DNA of 64,000 nucleotides. Source: Eutreptiella sp. 'Long Island Sound 2002' (Eukaryota; Protista; Euglenida). Below the pieces are notes generated by a model. That model was not told the DNA's origin. It made no database searches and saw only the letters and a program-made list of their open reading frames with translations. Where the stretch lies: contig OZ038378.1 of the NCBI GenBank assembly GCA_964036045.1, positions 10,416,001 through 10,480,000 on the forward strand, written 5' to 3'. The translations under genes and the position numbers were made by a program. Below, one piece after another: positions 32,780 through 45,199 of this stretch (position 1 is the first letter of the stretch; each line of letters opens with the position of its first letter).

Positions 32780-35212
32780 TATCGCCTCCTTTGAGGGTCT
32801 AATTGAGAACCCGCCTCCCCATATTGCGGTACAACGCCTACTGACGGCGCGGAGCAGAGCTCCCCGTCACCTAAACACCCTGGGACGACAACCAAACCCC
32901 TACAACGAACATAACTACAGGAACATTCTGGCACAACTCGCAACAACAACGGAGCGGAGCGAAGCTTCCCGTCATCAAAACTCCCAAAAACAAGAACCAA
33001 ACCTAACAACATAACATACAAGACACAGCACAACCTAACGGTGTAGAGCCCAGCTCCCCGTCAACGTCAACATGCAGCCATTTCCACCGCCTCTAGCAGT
33101 GTGCCTGACAACTTGGCTGCCTGGCACGGACCAGAGCGCAACGATCTATTGATGACATGGGACGTGTCCACGTTCTACCGCACCAACCCCCCGCCCCCAA
33201 GTGTCAAACGGAGCACGGCTTGTCCCTGTGTGCTAAAAACTGGTGGCGGCACGGAGAGCGACTCCTCGCCAGCACTCCTCGCCAGCCAGGCATCGCGCTT
33301 TCTGTCTGCCGGCACAATCATACAGACATGCAGAACTTCACACACCCCCTTTGTTCCCTTGCAAGGCCTGTACCGTGATTGAAGCCAACAAGATGAAATA
33401 TAATTTCATGAAGGTATTGATGGATGAACACAAGTCAAAGGACGCAGTACCTTGTAGACGGCTATCCGGGAGCAACTGCACAGTGCAATGTAGCGCCGAC
33501 CAACAGGATGCTGGGGTGGAACCTACATTGTGGAAATATAGAGGTACCTGAGGAGATTACTCGCAATGTGGAGCGAGATAACTACTTAAAAACCCTCTCC
33601 CCGTTAAACTAACCTAAATTGGCACGGTGCTGGGCGAATCATCGCACGCACAAGCCCCGCCTGCCCTACCATCTGGTACTTGGGCGCTGGCAATACCCAC
33701 AACGAAAGGCAAACACGGAAGCAGTTCCGGCCACTCCGAAGCCAGGCCCAGCAGCCGAAGTCGCCTGCCTCCAAGGCCACACCCGGGGGTTGCATGGGCG
33801 GGTGGGGACAGCAGGTGGCCAGAGGGGGTGGGGATGTGTCATAGTGGCAGAGAGGCGGCGCACCAGGGCTCCACCGGGCAGCACAGTGGCATGTGAATGG
33901 CAGGGGCCCCCTCCATCCGCGGTGTCGGCCGCACTTGGTTCCCCCGCCATGATCTCAGATGAAGGGCCACCTCCAGCAAAACCTCCTTAGGAATAGGATG
34001 GTCCACCCGCCCGCAACCCACCGTCCCCAATGTTGCAACAAAACCATGGCGGCGGAAGCATGACACAGAGGTCTGTGGGTTGGATCGGGATTCTTCAAGC
34101 CTCCAGTTCCAACTGGACGCCTTCCAGTATCTCGATGCAGCAGGCGGGAACTCCAGTCATGCACAGTTTGCTGAAACTAGGTGCAGGATAATTTGCCACT
34201 GCGACCTGATATTGCACCAGGCAACCTAAAAACCTGATCATCCGCAGGGCATGGCTGATGCTTTAATGCCTGCTAGTGCTGTAGGGCCGCCTCTAGGGAC
34301 ACTAGAGGGACACTAATCAGTCCCTTCGAGATGCTGTGGCACCAGGCGGTGCGTAAGGTAACAACCAATCCAGAAAATGTCCCCATGATCCATACCCATT
34401 TGCGGAGTGCTCAAAGGTGCTGACACGTGCTGCATGGTGCATAACCCACAGAAGGCACGGTCATTATTCTCAACCATTTTCATGGAGCGATTGCGGTGTT
34501 TGGAAAAATTTCCGGTGCGCCCCTATGGACGACTAAACTGCGAAGGACCGCATTGCCCCCACTGAAAAAAGACACAAGGGAGTCCAAGAGGAACACTGGA
34601 CCCTGCCAGAGTGCTGCAAGGGCTAGGCTACGCTAACCACCATTTCATTCCTGCAATCGTTCTCTGTTGCAGGCCTGGGTAGAGCAACACTCTAGCTCAG
34701 TTATGCACAGATCGCCAATCGTGCAAACGGACTCAGTCTGGCAAAGGAGTTTCAGCCACAAAGGCGACTGTATGGGTACCATGTGCATCGTCGCACTCGG
34801 TGGGGGTTGCCATGTACCCTTTTGTTTTGGTGGTGGTGGGTGGGGGGGGGGCGCAGACCAAGGTGAGGTGGCATAGCCTGCTCACTGCATGGTACTGGAG
34901 ATTTCCCTCAGGATCAAGGTGAACAGCTGTACAGTTCTACAATGATCCTACAAAGGAGTTTGGTGGCGAATCCGACACATGGTGAAGATGAGCGGACTCT
35001 GATGCCAGATGATGCAGTGGGAAAATGCCACCCCCGTGTAGGCTTCCCAGCCTGTACATGATGCACAAAAGTGGGGGTTGCGTTTTTGGGGGAATGTTTG
35101 CCCGGCGCGCGCCCGGCGCGCTACCTTTCTATTCACTATCCTGACTTCAGCCCGAGATTTACCCTCTGATGGAGACGGCCCCCCAAATAGACCATGATGG
35201 ACTGCGCACCTT

Positions 35213-35360
35213 CCCTGCAAAGCACATTGCAAAGGAAGGAAATCATATTCAGGAGCAATAGTCCATGGGGCTTCTACCCTGCAAAGCACATTGCAAAGGA
35301 AGGAAATCATATTCAGGAGCAATAGTCCATGGGGCTTCTACCCTGCAAAGCACATTGCAA
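35213..35360. repeat. 64-bp tandem repeat, about 2.3 copies
   Basis: ccctgcaaagcacattgcaaa... starts at 35213, 35277 and 35341. Confidence 0.9.
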
Positions 35361-35412
35361 AATAAAGCAATATCTGTGAATTCAGCAACTCCAAGTGTCA
35401 TCTGTATTGTAC

Positions 35413-35849
35413 TTAACAAACAACATTGGTCCCACAAGTGTGGGTGTCAATACATTCAGTACAATAGTGCTCCTTACACTCATCACAAACTGCGACGGTG
35501 GAGCTCTTCTGGCAACACAACACACACACATCTGCCTCATCCTCTGCCTCATCTTGCGTGCCACAACCGAGCAAACAGCTGCTCAATGCGTGCCCTATAC
35601 CACCCGTGCACGTCATTATAATATTGTTGGCGGGCTGTCAAAGTGCCATTCTTTCTTCCAATGAATGGCACAATGACATGATTCCGGCCTTTATAAGCAC
35701 CATCATGGCCCCCAACTTCGAAATCAAAGAAATCACCTCGGGTACGAGAAGGTCCATACCCATCCCAAATAAAAAAAATATGCTGATGTCCCAGGGGCCA
35801 AGGGGCAAATCCATATAATGTTGCCCAACATATCAACAGCAACAGTCCA
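35413..35849 (-). pseudogene. IS5/PIF-Harbinger/ISL2EU-like (DDE_Tnp_4-type) transposase fragment with Cys-rich tail
   Basis: WTVAVDMLGNIIWICPLAPGTSA / FIWDGYGPSRTRGDFFDFEVGGHDGAYKGRNHVIVPFIGRKNGTLTARQQYYNDVHGWYRARIEQLFARLWH, then CVLCCQKSSTVAVCDECKEHYCTECIDTHTC. Frameshifted and internally deleted. Confidence 0.85.
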
Positions 35850-36546
35850 CCGGTGGGGCACGGGTCACAAAAGATGCCCGGCGCGCGCCCGGCGCACTAA
35901 CGTTCCCCCTTTGTCAACGTATGATGATCTCTGCTTTTCTCGTTTTTTTTTCTGCTGCTCTGGAAGGGTGTATGCCTGCGTTACACCGTGCTATATATGA
36001 TCCTGGAACTGATGGTGCATGACCCAGGTTTGCACAGTGCAGAAGACCCACCTTCCTGCCCTGTCTGGGGTTGTTTACTGGACCAAAACACCGCAACTCA
36101 GAGCTTTGTGGGGGAAAAGCAGCAGGAGAGGGAGTACCCACCTCAACAACCCCACCAGGGTGTGCATCATGCGTCATGCACGTTGGCTCGTGGAGGAAGG
36201 CCGGGCCCAGAGTTTCGTATGTGCTGTGCTATTGTTTTCTGTAGCCTCTTTGCACAATTGCGGTAAGAGAGCGGACATCGGCTGCGCAACGCTGTTTCGC
36301 TGCCTTCCAGCACACCCACTGCGGCATGTGATGGTACTGCTTTGCTCCACCATATGAGGCATGAGCACTGTGTAGCGCTCTTTGGTGAGTACTTCCTGGA
36401 ATTGCTTTTGTTGCACGTCTGGGTGGGCAGAGCACAGGTGCACTTTGCTCGCAAATGCTCTGTGAAACCCACCGCCCGAAGGCCACAACCCATGACTTGT
36501 GCACATGTTCCTGAGCCGCACTCTCGTGCTGTCTGGAAATCATTTA

Positions 36547-37310
36547 CCCCCCCCTCTTGTATAAGCTACGCCAATGTACGGAATTATTACAATCCCTACG
36601 CCCACTGTAGTTTGGACAAGGGCGTAGCTGGCGCGCAACACATACAACTACTGGCACACACGTGCGCGCGCATGGTATGAGTGCACCTTGACCTCTGTCC
36701 ACATTTCCAAGTGTATGCAAACGCAAGGAAGCCTTGGGAACATGAAAATTTCAGGTTCGCACCCATGTTGGCACAAGCAATGAAGGATGCGAAGCCTACA
36801 AATGTTCAGCTTAGAAACCCTTCTTGCGATCATACACCATGCCGAACAATTGCACATGCTCACCACTTGAAGATGCCTTAACTCGATTCTTGGGAGGGGG
36901 GCACGAGGGTGTGTGACCATCTGCCCACTCTTCATGTACTCCAACACCGCAAATTGGTCCCCTTCTCCGATGGTCCCTTCATTGTAGCATCCACAAGGTC
37001 ACCGGTGGAACATGTGAAAATAACTGGACACCAAGGTTCAAAAAGAGGAGATTGCATGGTGAGCTGATGCAAGAAAGGGGAATATAAAACACAAATATTC
37101 CCACATTTTGAGCCATGTGGGTTGAAGTAGGCAAAGACTCACAACAAATGTGTTCATGGCTCCATGTAATTGGCAAACGTGACGACAAACCCATGTCTTA
37201 TGTGGCCGCACTACATCTCGTAGGTAATTAAAATTACGTACACAGTTATTAGGGTCCCTACGCCTACTAGCTTGGACAAGGGCGTAGCTTATACAGGGGG
37301 GGGGGGGGGG
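36547..37310. mobile_element. MITE with C-run/G-run TIRs, variant copy
   Basis: Cn-tcttgtataagctacgcc ... ggcgtagcttatacag-Gn. Confidence 0.75.
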
Positions 37311-39158
37311 TGTGTGCTGTGCTATTGTTTTCTGTAGCCTCTTTGCACAACTGCGGTAAGAGAGCGGACATCGGCTGCGCAACGCTGTTTCGCTGCCTCC
37401 CAGCACACCCACTGCGGCATGTGATGGTACTGCTTTGCTCCACCATATGAGGCATGAGCACTGTGTAGCACTCTTTGGTGAGTACTTCCTGGAATTGCTT
37501 TTGTTGCACGTCTGGATGGGCAGAGCACAGGTGCACTTTGCTCGCAAATGCTCTGTGCTCTTTCCAGGGGCGTGGGGCTTGGGGGAAGAGATCATAAAAA
37601 TGCAGCTGCTGGGGGAATGTTTGCCCGGCGCGCGCCTGGCGCGCTACTTTTCTACTAAACATCCCGACTTCAGCCCCAGATTTACCCTCTCATGGAGAAG
37701 CCCCCCAAGTAGACCACATTGCACTGCACACCTTCCCTACAAAGCAACACACACACTTCTGCCTCATCCTCTGCATTCTCCGGGGTCCCCAACAAAGGGG
37801 ACAAACTCATAAGTCAAAACCTACGCTAGGGGTCACCATGATGCTCCTGTATCTCAAAGTGCGCCCCCTTAGTGCACCCCCTAGAAGGCCACCGGTGGGG
37901 TACGGGTCACAAAAGATGCCCGGTGCGCGCCTGGCGCGCTAACGTTCCCCCGCTCAAGAGGTTTATGAAACGACAACGAAAATGCAGGTCTGGAACAGGG
38001 ATTGAACAGATGTCTGTCGCGACCCCATGAGCGGCGAAAGGCGATACCTTTTACTCCAGCCTTCCTGCGACCCTCCTCAGGCACAGACGTGTGTCATAGC
38101 GGAAAAAAGACAGTGCAGCAGGTGTCTGCCGAGTCGCACACTTGTAAATGGATGACAGGGGAGACCAGGCCCTCCATCGGCAGCTGTGGCGGGTTCCCCA
38201 GCCACAATCTCAGATGAAGGGCTGCCTCAGTGGCAAAGCAGAGGCACCAGGAGAGGATGCTGGGGATCCAAGAGGAACACTGGACCCTGACGGAGTGACG
38301 ACAGATCAATGAGCTGTGTTCCACTGCTCCGGAGCTGAAGATGGTGCAGATGTGTCTCTGCTGCTGAAACAAGGCGTGCGTGGCAGAGCCACATTCCACC
38401 TGCCTAAACTTCGTTTCTTTTTGGATACTGTCCATTGGACTGAGACACGGTAATGACCGTGCACCTGCACATCGAACATGTAGCCTGAGGTCATAAAGGC
38501 ACTTCCCTCGACCGACCCTCACCTCACAGAGAGGCAAATCAAGGTGTTCCTGGGTCAGTATATGCCCGTCGCTGGTGGGGTCCCCAAAATACGCCTCCCC
38601 AAAAGCGGTACCGAAAACGAGCCGTGGAAAAGCCACTCCCTTGTCAATGTGTATGTCGATTCCGCAGATATACTGAGGTCGGCGAAGGAGATTCTGTTTC
38701 ATCACAACATGCAAAGCACAAGACGACGTGACTCGCCAGCACCCAACTGCTGGCCAACTCAGCCATCTCCTCAACAACGAATGCATTGCATTGGCATACA
38801 CAGGAATCCCTACAATTCATAGTGAAACAGCCCTTTCAGCACAAAAAGCACTTTTTAGTGTCCAGCAAAAGGTGCCCGAGGGTGAAGAAAGACGGCTCAA
38901 GCCCCTCTCATACATTGGTGCTCACAGAGCACCATCACATGTGCAAGCGCTGTTACGAGACGAGATGATAAAAATGCAGCTGCTCACTCTAGCTCAGTTA
39001 TGCACAGATCGCCAATCGTGCAAACGGACTCAGTCTGGCAAAGGAGATTCAGCCACAAAGGCAACTGTATGGGTACCGTGTGCATCGTCGCACTCGGTGG
39101 GGGTTGCCATGTACCCTTTTGTTTTGGGGGTGGTGGGTGTGGGGGGGGTTTGCATTTA

Positions 39159-39721
39159 CCCCCCCCCCCTTGTATAAGCTACGCCAATGTACGGAATTAT
39201 TACGGTCCCTACGCCCACTGTAGTTTGGACAAGGGCGTAGCTTTCGCACAACACATACAATCACCGACACACACGTACGCGCGCATGGTATGAGTGCACC
39301 TTGACCTCTGTCCACATTTCCAAGTGTATGCAAACGCAAGGAAGCCTTGGGAACATGAAAATTTCAGGTTCACACCCATGTTGGCACAAGCAATGAAGGA
39401 TGCGAAGCCTACAAATGTTCAGCTTGGAAACCCTTCTTGCGATCATACACCATGCGGAATAATTGCACATGCTCACCACTTGAAGATGCCTTTGGCTGAG
39501 GTTTAGGGGCTGGTTTGGGCTCGGGCAACTTCAAATTCTTGGATATGGCATGTTGCATCTGTGCATGGCTCCATGTAATTGGCAAATGTGACGACAAACC
39601 CATGTCTCATGTGGCCACACTACATTTCGTACGCAATTAAAATTACGTACACAACTATTACAGTCCCTAGGCCTACTGTAGCTTGGACAAGGGCGTAGCT
39701 TATACAAGGGGGGGGGGGGGG
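39159..39721. mobile_element. MITE with C-run/G-run TIRs flanked by TA
   Basis: ta|Cn-ttgtataagctacgcc ... ggcgtagcttatacaa-Gn|ta. Confidence 0.8.
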
Positions 39722-42700
39722 TACCCTTTTGTTTTGGTGTCTTTTTGGATACTGTCCATTGGACTGAGACACGGTAATGACCGTGCACCTGCACATCGAA
39801 CATGTAGCCTGAGGTCATAAAGGCACTTCCCTCGACCGACCCTCACCTCACAGAGAGGCAAATTAAGGTGTTCCTGGGTCAGTATATGCCCGTCGCTGGT
39901 GGGGTCCCCAAAATACGCCTCCCCAAAACCGGTACCGAAAACGAGCCGTGGAAAAGCCACTCCCTTGTCAATGTGTATGTCGATTCCGCAGATATACTGA
40001 GGTCGGCGAAGGAGATTCTGTTTCATCACAACATGCAAAGCACAAGACGACGTGACTCGCCAGCACCCAACTGCTGGCCAACTCAGCCATCTCCTCAACA
40101 ACGAATGCATTGCATTGGCATACACAGGAATCCCTACAATTCATAGTGAAACAGCCCTTTCAGCACAAAAAGCACTTTTTAGTGTCCAGCAAAAGGTGCC
40201 CGAGGGTGAAGAAAGACGGCTCAAGCCCCTCTCATACATTGGTGCTCACAGAGCACCATCACATGTGCAAGCGCTGTTACGAGACGGGATGATAAAAATG
40301 CAGCTGCTCAAGAGCTGTGTGAAACGACAAGAAATATGGAGGGCGGCCTGTTGCCTCTGGTGGTCTCCTTGAAACTGCCCTACTTTCGGCATTGTGCATG
40401 TGCCTTCACTGCGAAGACTTGCACTCTTTTTTCAGCTATCTTTGAACAATGTTTGCAACAAATTTCACAACCACATAGGTCCTGCAGGTCTTGAGGGGTC
40501 CCTGAGTGGGAATGTGCCCCGGGGGGGGGGGGGGGGGGATGTTGGGCGTTGCACGCTGTACAGTGTATTGGCGCAAGAGGTTTATGAGACAACAAAAATG
40601 GAGGTGTGGAACGAGGATTGAACAGATGTCTGTCGGGGCCTGTGAGCAACGGAACCTCTACTGAAATGCTGACAATCAGCCAAAAAAAAATTTAAACACT
40701 TTAATTTACCTTTTTAATTTTTTTTTATAAACTGTCTGGTGCCATCGAGCATTGTTCGACTACCGCTACTGAAATTCTGGCCATCAACCAAAAGAATGTT
40801 GTTGAATACTGTTATGGAGGTGGCGCCCCCTGAAAAGACGTGAATGTTGCAATGCACTCAGTAATTTGGCTGAAACTTACATCTTCATGCTTGCATTGTG
40901 CGGCTCCAAACTACAATTTCACGAATTTTGACGTAGCTCCCATGTTGCAGTGCAGGGTCACTACCGTGATCATCACCTGCGTTGCTTGCATGCGCCATCC
41001 ACCCTCTCCCCCTTAAACTAACCTAAATTGGCACGGTGCTGGGCGAATCATCGCACGCACAAGCCCCGCCTGCCCTCCCATCTGGTACTTGGGCGCTGGC
41101 AATACCCACAACGAAAGGCAAACACGGAAGCAGTTCCGGCCACTCCGAAGCCAGGCCCAGCAGCCGAAGTCGCCTGCCTCCAAGGCCACACCCGGGGGTT
41201 GCATGGGCGGGTGGGGACAGCAGGTGGCCAGAGGGGGTGGGGATGTGTCATAGTGGCAGAGAGGCGGCGCACCAGGGCTCCACCGGGCAGCACAGTGGCA
41301 TGTGAATGGCAGGGGCCCCCTCCATCCGCGGTGTCGGCCGCACTTGGTTCCCCCGCCATGATCTCAGATGAAGGGCCACCTCCAGCAAAACCTCCTTAGG
41401 AATAGGATGGTCCACCCGCCCGCAACCCACCGTCCCCAATGTTGCAACAAAACCCTGGCGGCGGAAGCATGACACAGAGGTCTGTGGGTTGGATCGGGAT
41501 TCTTCAAGCCTCCAGTTCCAACTGGACGCCTTCCAGTATCGCGATGCAGCAGGCGGGAACTCCAGTCATGCACAGTTTGCTGAAACTAGGTGCAGGATAA
41601 TTTGCCACTGCGACCTGATATTGCACCAGGCAACCTAAAAACCTGATCATCCGCAGGGCATGGCTGATGCTTTAATGCCTGCTAGTGCTGTAGGGCTGCC
41701 TCTAGGGACACTAGAGGGACACTAATCAGTCCCTTCGAGATGCTGTGGCACGTAGTGCACACCAGGCGGTGCGTAAGGTAACAACCAATCCAGAAAATGT
41801 CCCCATGATCCATACCCATTTGCGGAGTGCTCAAAGGTGCTGACACGTGCTGCATGGTGCATAACCCACAGTAGGCACGGTCATTATTCTCAACCATTTT
41901 CATGGAGCGATTGCGGTGTTTGGAAAACTTTCCGGTGCGCCCCTATGGACGACTAAACTGCGAAGGACCGCATTGCCCCCACTGAAAAAAGACACAAGGG
42001 AGTCCAAGAGGAACACTGGACCCTGCCAGAGTGCTGCAAGGGCTAGGCTACGCTAACCACCATTTCATTCCTGCAATCGTTGTCTGTTGCAGGCCTGGGT
42101 AGAGCAACACTCTAGCTCAGTTATGCACAGATCGCCAATCGTGCAAACGGACTCAGTCTGGCAGAGGAGTTTCAGCCACAAAGGCAACTGTATGGGTACC
42201 ATGTGCATCGTCGCACTCGGTGGGGGTTGCCATGTACCCTTTTGTTTTGGTGGTGGTGGGTGTGGGGAGGGCGCAGACCAAGGTGAGCCTGCTCACTGCA
42301 TGGTACTGGAGACTTCCCTCAGGATCAAGGTGAACAGCTGTACAGTTCTACAATGATCCTACAAAGGAGTTTGGTGGCGAATCCGACACATGGTGAAGAT
42401 GAGCGGACTCTGATGCCAGATGATGCAGTGGGAAAATGCCACCCCCGTGTAGGCTTCCCAGCCTGTACATGATGCACAAAAGTGGAGGTTGCGTTTTTGT
42501 CAACGGATGATGATCTCTGCTTTTCTCGTTTTTTTTCTGCTGCTCTGCAAGGGTGTATGCCTGCGTTACACCGTGCTATATATGATCCTGGAACTGATGG
42601 TGCATGGACCCAGGTTTGCACAGTACGGAAGACCCACCTTCCCGCCCTGTCTGGGGTTGTTTACTGGACCAAAACACCGCAACTCAGAGCTTTGTGGGAG

Positions 42701-44639
42701 AAAAGCAGCAGGAGAGGGAGCACCCATCTCAACACCCCCACCAGGGTGTGCATCATGCGTCATGCACGTTGGCTCGTGGAGGAAGGCCGGGCCCAGAGTT
42801 TCGTATGTGCTGTGCTATTGTTTTCTGTAGCCTCTTTGCACAACTGCGGTAAGAGAGCGGACATCGGCTGCGCAACGCTGTTTCGCTGCCTCCCAGCACA
42901 CCCACTGTGGCATGCGATGGTACTGCTTTGCTCCACCATATGAGGCATGAGCACTGTGTAGCACTCTTTGGTGAGTACTTCCTGGAATTGCTTTTGTTGC
43001 ACGTCTGGATGGGCAGAGCACAGGTGCACTTTGCTCGCCAATGCTCTGTGCTCTTTCCAGGGGCATGGAGCTTGGGGGAAGAGATCATAAAAATGCAGCT
43101 GCTGGGGGAATGTTTGCCCGGCGCGCGCCTGGCGCGCTACTTTTCTACTAACCATCCCGACTTCAGCCCCAGATTTACCCTCTCATGGAGAAGCTCCCCA
43201 AGTAGACCACGTTGCACTGCACACCTTCCCTACAAAGCAACACACACACTTCTGCCTCATCCTCTGCATTCTCCGGGGTCCCCAACAAAGGGGACAAACT
43301 CATAAGTCAAAACCTACGCTAGGGGTCACCATGATGCTCCTGTATCTCAAAGTGCGCCCCCTTAGTGCACCCCCTAGAAGGCCACCGGTGGGGTACGGGT
43401 CACAAAAGATGCCCGGCGCGCGCCACCCCCGCTCAAGAGGTTTATGAAACGACAACGAAAATGTAGGTCTGGAACAGGGATTGAACAGATGTCTGTCGCG
43501 ACCCCATGAGCGGCGAAAGGCGATACCTTTTACTCCAGCGTTCCTGCGACCCTCCTCAGGCACAGATGTGTGTCATAGCGGAAAAAAGACAGTGCAGCAG
43601 GTGTCTGCCGAGTCGCACACTTGTAAATGGATGACAGGGGAGACCAGGCCCTCCATCGGAAGCTGTGGCGGGTTCCCCAGCCACAATCTCAGATGAAGGG
43701 CTGCATCAGTGGCAAAGCAGAGGCACCAGGAGAGGATGCTGGGGATCCAAGAGGAACACTGGACCCTGAGGGGTTGTGCCGACAGATCAATGAGCTGTGT
43801 TCCACTGCTCCGGAGCTGAAGATGGTGCAGATGTGTCTCTGCTGCTGAAACAAGGCGTGCGTGGCAGAGCCACATTCCACCTGCCTAAACTTCGTTTCTT
43901 TTTGGATACTGTCCATTGGACTGAGACACGGTAATGACCGTGCACCTGCACATCGAACATGTAGCCTGAGGTCATAAAGGCACTTCCCTCGACCGACCCT
44001 CACCTCACAGAGAGGCAAATTAAGGTGTTCCTGGGTCAGTATATGCCCGTCGCTGGTGGGGTCCCCAAAATACGCCTCCCCAAAACCGGTACCGAAAACG
44101 AGCCGTGGAAAAGCCACTCCCTTGTCAATGTGTATGTCGATTCCGCAGATATACTGAGGTCGGCGAAGGAGATTCTGTTTCATCACAACATGCAAAGCAC
44201 AAGACGACGTGACTCGCCAGCACCCAACTGCTGGCCAACTCAGCCATCTCCTCAACAACGAATGCATTGCATTGGCATACACAGGAATCCCTACAATTCA
44301 TAGTGAAACAGCCCTTTCAGCACAAAAAGCACTTTTTAGTGTCCAGCAAAAGGTGCCCGAGGGTGAAGAAAGACGGCTCAAGCCCCTCTTATACATTGGT
44401 GCTCACAGAGCACCATCACATGTGCAAGCGCTGTTACGAGACGAGATGATAAAAATGCAGCTGCTCACTCTAGCTCAGTTATGCACAGATCGCCAATCGT
44501 GCAAACGGACTCAGTCTGGCAAAGGAGATTCAGCCACAAAGGCAACTGTATGGGTACCGTGTGCATCGTCGCACTCGGTGGGGGTTGCCATGTACCCTTT
44601 TGTTTTGGGGGTGGTGGGTGTGGGGGGGGTTTGCATTTA

Positions 44640-45199
44640 CCCCCCCCCCCTTGTATAAGCTACGCCAATGTACGGAATTATTACGGTCCCTACGCCCACT
44701 GTAGTTTGGACAAGGGCGTAGCTTTCGCACAACACATACAATCACCGACACACACGTACGCGCGCATGGTATGAGTGCACCTTGACCTCTGTCCACATTT
44801 CCAAGTGTATGCAAACGCAAGGAAGCCTTGGGAACATGAAAATTTCAGGTTCACACCCATGTTGGCACAAGCAATGAAGGATGCGAAGCCTACAAATGTT
44901 CAGCTTGGAAACCCTTCTTGCGATCATACACCATGCGGAATAATTGCACATGCTCACCACTTGAAGATGCCTTTGGCTGAGGTTTAGGGGCTGGTTTGGG
45001 CTCGGGCAACTTCAAATTCTTGGATATGGCATGTTGCATCTGTGCATGGCTCCATGTAATTGGCAAATGTGACGACAAACCCATGTCTCATGTGGCCACA
45101 CTACATTTCGTACGCAATTAAAATTACGTACACAACTATTACAGTCCCTAGGCCTACTGTAGCTTGGACAAGGGCGTAGCTTATACAAGGGGGGGGGGG
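44640..45199. mobile_element. MITE with C-run/G-run TIRs (tandem-unit duplicate of 39159-39721)
   Basis: Same termini and TA flanks. Confidence 0.8.

Larger units (their letters stand above)
33592..36546. repeat. Partial, more rearranged paralogue of the tandem unit
   Basis: 33592-35100 matches 41001-42490 and 46477-47880; 35905-36470 matches 42490-43030 and 47880-48420. Confidence 0.85.
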
